From NCBI GenBank assembly GCA_965217585.1, contig OZ244561.1, positions 5,152,001 through 5,216,000 of the forward strand: a stretch of 64,000 nucleotides of DNA. The letters run 5' to 3'. The DNA comes from Candidatus Latescibacterota bacterium. GTDB taxonomy: Bacteria > Latescibacterota > UBA2968 > UBA8231. The notes under the pieces were generated by a model. That model did not search any database and was not told where the DNA came from. It saw only the letters and a list, made by a program, of their open reading frames with translations. This document shows positions 46,492-54,271 of this stretch, piece by piece. A program made the position numbers and the translations under genes. How positions within the stretch are numbered: position 1 is the first letter of the stretch; each line of letters starts with the position of its first letter.

Positions 46492-47526
46492 ATGCAGGGA
46501 GTGGTCAAATACCAGCGGGGCGACGGATTTGTCGAGCTGCGCGACTTAGCGGACGCGCCGCCCGGCCCCAAGCAGGTGAAGGTCGAGGTGCAGGCCACTG
46601 GGGTTTGCGGATCGGATCTACACGTGTACCGCGATACCATCAACTACAATATCCAGACTCCGGTCGTCATGGGACACGAGTTCAGCGGCGTGGTGGTGGA
46701 AAAGGGCGCGGAAGTCGGCGACCAGGTACAGGTGGGCGACCGCGTGACTGGCGAGCCGAGCGTGTACATCTGCGGCGACTGCGACTACTGCTTGAGCGAG
46801 CACTACAACCTCTGCCCCGAGCGCAAGGTTATGGGCTACTGGCACCACGGCTGCTTCGCGCCCTTCTGCAATGCGACCTTCGTCCACAAGCTGCCCGCTG
46901 GCGTGGGGTTTGAAGCTGGTGCCCTGACCGAACTGTTGGCCTGCTGTGTGCATTCGGTCATTGAGCAGGCTGGCGTGACCGCCGGGGACTTCGTCGCCAT
47001 CACCGGGCCTGGGCCGGTGGGGCTATTCTCGGCGCTGGTGGCGTTGGCCGAGGGGGGGACGGTGATTCTCTGCGGCACTGAGCGGGATACCGAGCGGCTG
47101 CAACTGGCCGCGGACCTGGGGGTACAACACACCATTGATATTACGGCCTATGACCCCGTGGCGCGGGTGCGCGAGTTGACCGGCGGCTATGGTGCCGACG
47201 TGGTGGTCGAATGCGCGGGGGTGGCATCGGCTATGCGGTTGGCCTTGGAACTTGTGCGCAAGCGGGGGCGCTACTCCCAGATGGGCCTGCCGGGTGCGCC
47301 GGTGGAGATTGACTTCGAGAAGATCGCCTACAACGAGCTGCAGGTCTCCGGCGGCATTGGTCAGCGACGACCGGCTTGGAAGCGGGCGCTGCGGCTGATC
47401 GAGAGGGGCTTTATTCCCAGCGAAAAGCTGATCACCCACCATTTTGCCCTGAGCGAATGGCAGCGGGCCTTTGACATGGCCGAGGGGCAGGAGGGGATTA
47501 AGCTGATGTTTATGCCGCAGGGGTGA
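46492..47526 (+). CDS. Zinc-binding (MDR) dehydrogenase
   Basis: CGSDLH, GHE, CGDCDYC.....C, GPGPVG. Confidence 0.93.
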   Translation: MQGVVKYQRGDGFVELRDLADAPPGPKQVKVEVQATGVCGSDLHVYRDTINYNIQTPVVMGHEFSGVVVEKGAEVGDQVQVGDRVTGEPSVYICGDCDYCLSEHYNLCPERKVMGYWHHGCFAPFCNATFVHKLPAGVGFEAGALTELLACCVHSVIEQAGVTAGDFVAITGPGPVGLFSALVALAEGGTVILCGTERDTERLQLAADLGVQHTIDITAYDPVARVRELTGGYGADVVVECAGVASAMRLALELVRKRGRYSQMGLPGAPVEIDFEKIAYNELQVSGGIGQRRPAWKRALRLIERGFIPSEKLITHHFALSEWQRAFDMAEGQEGIKLMFMPQG

Positions 47527-47583
47527 GCGGGAAGGGCCGCTGGAGCTGGAGTATTCTTACTACCTACACTATTCGATATCGTT

Positions 47584-50500
47584 TTGACTGAATTCTTCGA
47601 ACAGCCTGTCCTCAACTCACCTTACGAGCGCCCGAGCCGGCATTGGGAACTAGACGAGACCGGGCAGCCGACCCAGCAGATCGTCGAACACCGCCGACAG
47701 GCCGAGTTCGTCACGCCGATCCCGCAGCCGAAGAAGCGCAAGGGATCCGCGCAACAAGCCGCGCTGGTGTTCGACGAGGCGGCGCAGAAGCTCGAAGCCG
47801 CCGGCCAGCAATACGACCTGACGGCCATCATCAACGGGGTTCGTCAGCAGGTTGACCGCTGGCGCGACCTACCGAACCCGAGCCAATGGCAGGTGACCCC
47901 GGAGACGGCGCGCCTGCTCCAGCACTGGCGGCACCATCGCTTCAGTGGCATTCGGCCCTTCTTCTGCCAAGTTGAAGCGGTAGAGACCGCTATATGGCTC
48001 AGCGAAGTTGCGCCGCGCACGGGCCGAGCCGGCAAGAGCTTCCTCGATCATCTGACGAACGCCAACAACGACGCCAATCCAGAACTGCCACTGCCAAGGT
48101 TGGCGCTCAAGTTGGCGACTGGCACCGGCAAGACCACGGTCATGGCGATGTTGATCGCTTGGCAGACCGTCAATGCGGTGCGTCGGCCCCAGAGTCGCCG
48201 CTTCACGCGCGGTTTCTTGGTGGTCACGCCTGGCATCACCATCAAGGACCGCCTGCGCGTGCTGCAACCGAACGACCCGGACAGTTACTACCAGAGCCGC
48301 GAGTTGGTTCCGAACGACATGCTGCCCGACTTGGAAAAGGCCAAGATCGTCATCACCAACTACCACGCCTTCAAGCTGCGCGAACGCATGGAGCTTTCTA
48401 AAGGCGGGCGTTCGTTGCTTCAGGGACGGGGCGAGACGCTGACGACCCTGGAGACCGAGGGGCAAATGCTGCAACGGGTGATGCCCGAACTCATGGGCCT
48501 AAAGAAAGTCTTGATCCTCAACGACGAGGCGCACCACTGCTACCGCGAGAAGCCGGGCGAAGAGGAGGAAGGCGAGCTCAAGGGAGATGACAGAAGGGAA
48601 GCTGAAAAGAACACGGAGGCGGCGCGGCTGTGGATTTCGGGGTTGGAAACTGTTGGCAGCAAGCTCGGCATCAATCGGGTGATGGACCTCTCGGCAACGC
48701 CCTTCTTTTTGCGCGGGTCGGGGTACGCCGAAGGCACGTTGTTCCCCTGGACGATGTGCGACTTCTCGCTCATGGACGCCATTGAATGCGGCATCGTCAA
48801 ACTGCCTCGCGTGCCGGTGGCCGACAACATTCCCGGCGGCGAAATGCCCAAGTTCCGCAATCTCTGGGAACACATCCGCACGGACATGCCGAAGAAGGGG
48901 CGGGGCAAGGCCAAGACTCTCGATCCCCTCAGTTTGCCGGTGGAGTTGCAGACTGCGCTGGAAGCTCTGTACGGGCATTACCAGAAAACTTTTGAGTTGA
49001 TGGAGAAGGCGGGGATTGGCGTGCCGCCGTGCTTCATTGTGGTCTGCAACAATACCTCGACTTCCAAGCTGGTGTACGACTACATCTCCGGCTTCTACCG
49101 CGAGAACGACGATGGCTCGACGACGTTGGTAAACGGTCGCCTAGCGCTGTTCCGCAATTTTGACGAACAGGGCGGCCGGTACTCACGGCCTCGCACGCTA
49201 TTGATCGACAGCGAACAATTGGAGTCCGGCGACGCGCTGGATAGCAATTTCCGCAACATGGCCGCCGACGAGATCGACCGCTTCCGCCGAGAGATCATTG
49301 AGCGCACCGGCGACCGCCGTCAGGCCGAGAACATCAGCGACCAAGAGCTGCTCCGCGAGGTTATGAATACTGTCGGTAAGCCGGGGCGGCTGGGGGATTC
49401 GATTCGCTGCGTGGTGTCGGTGTCGATGCTCACGGAAGGGTGGGATGCGAATACTGTCAGCCATGTGCTGGGCGTGCGCGCCTTTGGGACGCAGTTGCTT
49501 TGCGAGCAGGTCATTGGCCGGGCGCTGCGGCGGCAATCCTACGATCTCAACGAAGACGGCTTATTCGATGTCGAGTACGCGGATGTCTTGGGCATCCCAT
49601 TTGATTTTACGGCCAAGCCCGTCATAGCCCCGCAGAAGCAGCCGCGAGAGACCGTTCAGGTGCGGGCTGTGCGGCCCGAACGGGATGCGCTGGAGATTTG
49701 TTTTCCTCGGGTGGCTGGGTATCGGGTGGAATTGCCGGAAGAGCGGCTCGAGGCCGAGTTTAACAAGGACTCAGTGCTGGAACTGACGCCCGATCTGGTT
49801 GGTCCGTCGATTACGAGGAACCAGGGGATTATCGGCGAGGGCGTCGATCTCAGTCTGGTGCACACTAACGACCTGCGGACTTCGACGCTTCTGTTTCACC
49901 TGACTCAGCGGCTGCTCTACACCAAGTTCCGCGATCCTGGCGAAGAGCCTAAGCTCTATCTATTCGGACAGCTCAAGCGCATCGCCAGACAGTGGCTCGA
50001 TGGCTACCTCGACTGTAAGGGCGGCATGTATCCCGCCCAACTTATGTACCAAGAACTGGCCGACACGGCCTGCGAGCGCATCTTTGCCGCCATCACGCGT
50101 GAAGGAATCGACAGTCGCCCGGTCAAAGCGGTGCTCGATCCGTACAATCCCGTCGGTTCGACAGCCCACGTGAATTTCAACACGACCAAGGCTAGCCGCT
50201 GGCAGGCCGACTCCCGCCGTTGCCACATCAATTGGCTCGTCCTCGACAGCGACTGGGAAGGGGAGTTTTGCCGCGTCGCTGAATCCCATCCGCGCGTCAA
50301 AGCCTACGTCAAGAACCACAATCTCGGCTTGGAGGTACCCTATCGTCGCGGATCGGAAATGCGGACATACCTGCCGGACTTTATCGTCCGCATTGATGAT
50401 GGCCGTGGCGACGATGATCTGCTGAATCTGATCGTCGAGATCAAGGGTTATCGGGGGGAAGACGCCAAGGACAAGAAGACGACCATGGATACCTATTGGG

Positions 50501-50619
50501 TACCTGGTGTGAATCATCACGGGGACTACGGGCGCTGGGCTTTTGCCGAGTTCACCGATGTGTCTGGGATGGAAGCCGCATTTGATCGGTTGGTTGAGGG
50601 GTTGCGGGCAAAAGGGTAG
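47584..50619 (+). CDS. res: Type III restriction endonuclease Res subunit
   Basis: ATGTGKT, DEAHH, SATP, MLTEGWD, QVIGRALRR, PDF...VEIKG. Confidence 0.9.
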   Translation: MTEFFEQPVLNSPYERPSRHWELDETGQPTQQIVEHRRQAEFVTPIPQPKKRKGSAQQAALVFDEAAQKLEAAGQQYDLTAIINGVRQQVDRWRDLPNPSQWQVTPETARLLQHWRHHRFSGIRPFFCQVEAVETAIWLSEVAPRTGRAGKSFLDHLTNANNDANPELPLPRLALKLATGTGKTTVMAMLIAWQTVNAVRRPQSRRFTRGFLVVTPGITIKDRLRVLQPNDPDSYYQSRELVPNDMLPDLEKAKIVITNYHAFKLRERMELSKGGRSLLQGRGETLTTLETEGQMLQRVMPELMGLKKVLILNDEAHHCYREKPGEEEEGELKGDDRREAEKNTEAARLWISGLETVGSKLGINRVMDLSATPFFLRGSGYAEGTLFPWTMCDFSLMDAIECGIVKLPRVPVADNIPGGEMPKFRNLWEHIRTDMPKKGRGKAKTLDPLSLPVELQTALEALYGHYQKTFELMEKAGIGVPPCFIVVCNNTSTSKLVYDYISGFYRENDDGSTTLVNGRLALFRNFDEQGGRYSRPRTLLIDSEQLESGDALDSNFRNMAADEIDRFRREIIERTGDRRQAENISDQELLREVMNTVGKPGRLGDSIRCVVSVSMLTEGWDANTVSHVLGVRAFGTQLLCEQVIGRALRRQSYDLNEDGLFDVEYADVLGIPFDFTAKPVIAPQKQPRETVQVRAVRPERDALEICFPRVAGYRVELPEERLEAEFNKDSVLELTPDLVGPSITRNQGIIGEGVDLSLVHTNDLRTSTLLFHLTQRLLYTKFRDPGEEPKLYLFGQLKRIARQWLDGYLDCKGGMYPAQLMYQELADTACERIFAAITREGIDSRPVKAVLDPYNPVGSTAHVNFNTTKASRWQADSRRCHINWLVLDSDWEGEFCRVAESHPRVKAYVKNHNLGLEVPYRRGSEMRTYLPDFIVRIDDGRGDDDLLNLIVEIKGYRGEDAKDKKTTMDTYWVPGVNHHGDYGRWAFAEFTDVSGMEAAFDRLVEGLRAKG

Positions 50620-50705
50620 GGATCGGACATTGTATTGATATTGATAATGTATATACATCACTGTAGCTTCGACGAATCCATATTAAGCCAGAGGTTACGT
50701 GAACC

Positions 50706-51902
50706 ATGACCAGCCGACGTTTGCAGATAACATTGCAACCTGAAGTGCTGCGGTGGGCGAGAGAGCGGGCAGGCTTTGATCGCCCGGAACTGGCGCGCAA
50801 GCTGAAAGTGAGCCCGGAGCGCGTGTTGGAGTGGGAACGCAATGGCAAGATCAGTGTTGCACAGGCCGACAGACTTGCCCAACGCACTCATACCGCTCTG
50901 GGATTTCTGTACTTGACAGAGCCGCCCGAAGAGCGCTTGCCAATACCCGACTTTCGCACCCGAGATAATGCTCCGCCTCCGAGTTCCGATCTACTCGAAA
51001 CCATTTACCTTATGCAGCGGCGCCAAGCATGGATGCGCGATGAGCTTATCGAAGGCGGTGCTGAACCACTGGATTTCATTGGAGCCTACGGCACGGATGC
51101 CCATCCTCGGCAAGTTGGGGCTACCATGCGCGATGCGCTGCAGCTTACCGAAAATTGGGCAGAAGAGTTAGGTACTTGGAGCGATGCGCTACGGCATCTG
51201 CGACACTTGGTTGATACTGCCGGAGTGCTGGTGTCGTTCAGTGGCGTCGTGGGCAATAACGCGTATCGAAAGCTGGATCCCGATGAATTTCAGGGCTTCG
51301 TCCTCGTGGATGAGTATGCCCCGCTTGTCTTTGTGAACAGCGCCGATTTCATGGCGGCGCAGATGTTTACCCTAGCTCACGAACTAGCTCACCTCTTCAT
51401 AGCCCAGAGCGGTGTCTCCAATTTAGAAGCCCTACAACCGCCATCGGATGAAACCGAGCAGTTCTGCAACAAGGCCGCTGCTGAATTCCTGATACCGGAG
51501 GAAGAGCTACTCGCTTTCTGGCCTAGTGCCCGACGAACGAATGATCCTTATCAGGCTATTGCCCACAGGTTCAAGGTGAGTTCTATCGTGGCCGCGCGCC
51601 GGGCACTCGATCTCGATTTGATCGACAGGGATGAGTTTTTCCGCTTCTACAACCGAGGGGTCGATGGATGGCGCAGCGATCAGCAGCGTCAGGGAAGTGG
51701 AGGCCACTTCTGGAACACTCAGAAGTGGCGCATTGGTCCTCGCTTTGCCTCTGCAATAGTTCGTGCGGTCGGAGAGGGTCGTTTGCCCTATCGCGAGGCG
51801 TACAATCTCACCGGTCTTAAGGGAGAAGCCTTTGAGAAGCTTGAGGTACGTTTTGAGTGGACCCCGCTCGCCGCGCTTGGACAGAATCAAGAGGAGGAAT
51901 AA
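50706..51902 (+). CDS. XRE-HTH plus ImmA/IrrE metallopeptidase domain protein
   Basis: N-terminal HTH, IPDFRT, FTLAHELAH (HExxH), EQFCNKAAAEFL. Confidence 0.92.
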   Translation: MTSRRLQITLQPEVLRWARERAGFDRPELARKLKVSPERVLEWERNGKISVAQADRLAQRTHTALGFLYLTEPPEERLPIPDFRTRDNAPPPSSDLLETIYLMQRRQAWMRDELIEGGAEPLDFIGAYGTDAHPRQVGATMRDALQLTENWAEELGTWSDALRHLRHLVDTAGVLVSFSGVVGNNAYRKLDPDEFQGFVLVDEYAPLVFVNSADFMAAQMFTLAHELAHLFIAQSGVSNLEALQPPSDETEQFCNKAAAEFLIPEEELLAFWPSARRTNDPYQAIAHRFKVSSIVAARRALDLDLIDRDEFFRFYNRGVDGWRSDQQRQGSGGHFWNTQKWRIGPRFASAIVRAVGEGRLPYREAYNLTGLKGEAFEKLEVRFEWTPLAALGQNQEEE

Positions 51903-51906
51903 GCTC

Positions 51907-52107
51907 ATGCAACCAGACCCAATCGTCGAAGAGGTCCGTAAGATACGCGATGAGTATGCTAAGAGATTCAATTATGATCTAGATGCGATTTGCCGAGATT
52001 TACAAGAAAAGCAGAGGCTGGGCAAAAGGAGAGTGATTTCTTTGCCGCCCAAACGCCCGAGAAAAATGAATGGCAGCCAATTGACCGATGAGGAAAGGAA
52101 ACGATGA
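51907..52107 (+). CDS. Small protein of DPIVEEVRxIR type (antitoxin-like)
   Basis: MQPDPIVEEVRKIRDEYAKRFNYDLDAI; GAGGAGG RBS. Confidence 0.65.
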   Translation: MQPDPIVEEVRKIRDEYAKRFNYDLDAICRDLQEKQRLGKRRVISLPPKRPRKMNGSQLTDEERKR

Positions 52108-52283
52108 AACTGAAAGTTGTGGTCCATCAAGCGGAAGAAGGCGGGTATTGGGCGAAAGTCCCTTCTATCCCCGGATGCGCGACGCAAGGGGAATCCTTTG
52201 AAGAGTTGCTGACCAATCTCTACGAGGCCGTCGAAGGTTGTCTGTCCATCGAAGTTTGTGACCTAAATCATTATATAACTTGA
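52104..52283 (+). CDS. HicB family antitoxin, short; 3' end hit by IS
   Basis: Hand translation MKLKVVVHQAEEGGYWAKVPSIPGCATQGESFEELL; ATGA overlap; stop lies in IS left IR. Confidence 0.8.
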   Translation: MKLKVVVHQAEEGGYWAKVPSIPGCATQGESFEELLTNLYEAVEGCLSIEVCDLNHYIT

Positions 52284-53578
52284 ATTCGACAGGTAGGTTG
52301 ATATTTAGGCTCGAACAGGCATCGGAGTCTCCCTATTTTGGGATAGCTTGATTCACCGCCATGGATCATCTACCCCAGGGAAACTCCGATGCTGAACCTG
52401 ACTCGCTTGCCTGTGAACCTTCGTTATTTTTTGCGTGGGACTCAACATTTTTTTCGTCATCGCCATCATCTGGTGTTCTGTTGGAGTATGACGCTGTTGT
52501 TAATCTATCAAGATAAAGCGACGCTGTGTGGTTTAGCCCGCTTGGGGCCTAACCATATAGCGGAATGGCACTTACGTCGCTTGCTGAGTGCGACCTACTG
52601 GAGTTGGCGGTTGCTGTTGGGGTACTTGGTTGATGCGGTGATCGCCGGGCTGCCACCGGCGGAAGACGGTCGGGTGTTGGTGATCGTCGACGGGACCTAC
52701 AAAGCCAAGGTGGCCAAGAAACATCCGTTGGTGCGCAAAGCCCGCGCCGATGGCTATAGTCCCTTTCTGTGGGGGTTTGAAGTGATCCTGGTCATGCTGC
52801 AGTGGGGCAATTATCGAATCCCTATCGATTTCGAGTTGGTTCGGCGTAAAGAAGACCCGGCCTATCAGAAGCCCAATGTGTTGTTTCGTCAGATGCTGAC
52901 CGCCTTGGTACCACCGGCTTGGGCCCAGCAAGTGATCGTGGTCGCCGATGCCGGGTTTCCCGCTAAAGAAACGCTGCACTTGATCCAGCAACGAGGCTTC
53001 TTTTTCGTCATGAGTCTGCCCCGCACCTGGAAGTTTGAAGACGGCCATACGCTCAAAGATTGGGTCCATCATACGCGCCATACCTGTTATCGAAAAATCT
53101 GGTTTCGTCCGCACGGCTCCCGTCGGCGGGTCTATTGGGTCTACCGCGGTCGTAAACGCCTGCGACACATCGGAGATGTCACGTTGGTCTTGAGCAAGAA
53201 ACGGCGCAACGATTCGCCGAAACAAACCAAAATCCTGGTGACCAATCTACCGGACGTGACCGCAGGCCAACTCGTCGTGTTGTATACCCGCCGCTGGCAC
53301 GTGGAACTGCTCATCAAAGAATTGAAAGGGGCCACCGGATTAGGACAAGCCCAGGTGACCAAGCAGACCCAACGAGTCGAACGCTCCGTCGCGTTGTCCG
53401 TTATGGCCTACTTGGTTTTGATCCATTTTCGGCAGCGGGATATTCCCCACCAAGGACCGTGGAGTGCGTTTACCCTCAAGCGAAATTTTGCTTGGGAGTG
53501 TGCGCGAAAACAGATTGAACATAACCAAAAACGAACCTACACAAAGGCCGCCTAAGACAACTACCTGTCGAATTCAAC
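52279..53578 (+). mobile_element. IS element, DDE (IS701/IS4-like)
   Basis: 17-bp perfect IR TTGAATTCGACAGGTAG (52280-52296 / 53561-53577); flanking direct repeat TATATAA. Confidence 0.88.
52389..53555 (+). CDS. DDE transposase
   Basis: VIVDGT, VVADAGF, YTRRWHVELLIKELK. Confidence 0.9.
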   Translation: MLNLTRLPVNLRYFLRGTQHFFRHRHHLVFCWSMTLLLIYQDKATLCGLARLGPNHIAEWHLRRLLSATYWSWRLLLGYLVDAVIAGLPPAEDGRVLVIVDGTYKAKVAKKHPLVRKARADGYSPFLWGFEVILVMLQWGNYRIPIDFELVRRKEDPAYQKPNVLFRQMLTALVPPAWAQQVIVVADAGFPAKETLHLIQQRGFFFVMSLPRTWKFEDGHTLKDWVHHTRHTCYRKIWFRPHGSRRRVYWVYRGRKRLRHIGDVTLVLSKKRRNDSPKQTKILVTNLPDVTAGQLVVLYTRRWHVELLIKELKGATGLGQAQVTKQTQRVERSVALSVMAYLVLIHFRQRDIPHQGPWSAFTLKRNFAWECARKQIEHNQKRTYTKAA

Positions 53579-53592
53579 TATATAAGACAATC

Positions 53593-53618
53593 CGCAGATG
53601 AACGCAGATGAACGCAGA
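53593..53618 (+). repeat. 10-bp tandem repeat CGCAGATGAA x2.6
   Basis: Directly visible just right of the IS. Confidence 0.7.
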
Positions 53619-53710
53619 ATAGTGGAAACAAGACGATCCGCAGCTCGAATCGTTCAAGTCATTCAGGGTTGCTATAGGACATAGGGCTCACAATTGAAAG
53701 GGGAACGAAC

Positions 53711-53872
53711 ATGGAATATACAGCCGTCGTGAAACACAGTGGCGAATGGTGGATTGGCTGGATTGAGGAAGTTCCCGGCGTGAATTGCCAGGAGCGTACC
53801 CATGAGAAATTGCAGCAAAGCCTTGTGGAAACGCTTTTAGAGGCGCTGGAATTCAATGAGGGAAATCAATAA
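53711..53872 (+). CDS. HicB family antitoxin, short (53 aa)
   Basis: Hand translation MEYTAVVKHSGEWWIGWIEEVPGVNCQERT. Confidence 0.78.
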   Translation: MEYTAVVKHSGEWWIGWIEEVPGVNCQERTHEKLQQSLVETLLEALEFNEGNQ

Positions 53873-53917
53873 GGTGGGGAACGAGGCGGATGAAGTAGAT
53901 AAGGAAATAAGGGAGAA

Positions 53918-54208
53918 ATGAACAGAGATGAAGTCCTGAACGTGCTTCGAGCGCACAAGGCGACCCTTGTGCAGCGTTTCGGCGTCGTGGATCTCGCCTT
54001 ATTTGGGTCAATCGTCCGCGATCAAGCCACGGACGACAGCGATGTGGACATCCTGGTGCGGTTCGACTCGCCGGCGACGTCAAAGCGGTATTTTGGCGTT
54101 CAGTTCTATATTGAAGATCTGCTGGGGCGTCCGGTTGATCTGGTAACGGACAAAGCGCTGCGGGCGGAGATGCGTCCATATATCGAGCGGGAGATGGTCA
54201 ATGTCTGA
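53918..54208 (+). CDS. Minimal nucleotidyltransferase (MNT) antitoxin
   Basis: LFGSIVRDQATDDSDVDILV (GSx10DxD), LGRPVDLVT. Confidence 0.92.
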   Translation: MNRDEVLNVLRAHKATLVQRFGVVDLALFGSIVRDQATDDSDVDILVRFDSPATSKRYFGVQFYIEDLLGRPVDLVTDKALRAEMRPYIEREMVNV

Positions 54209-54245
54209 TATCCACATGATCAACTTTTGCGAAAAACCCTGTTGA
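54201..54245 (+). pseudogene. Probable HEPN/DUF86 toxin N-terminal stub (MSDIHMINFCEKPC)
   Basis: ATG overlaps MNT stop as in MNT-HEPN operons; MINFCEK resembles DUF86 first helix; stops after 14 codons. Confidence 0.5.
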
Positions 54246-54271
54246 ACACGACCAACGAGGACTCCGTATAA

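Noticed and set aside
50620-54271. Integron cassette array
   Set aside because: No integrase and no recurring attC-like sites; genes overlap directly
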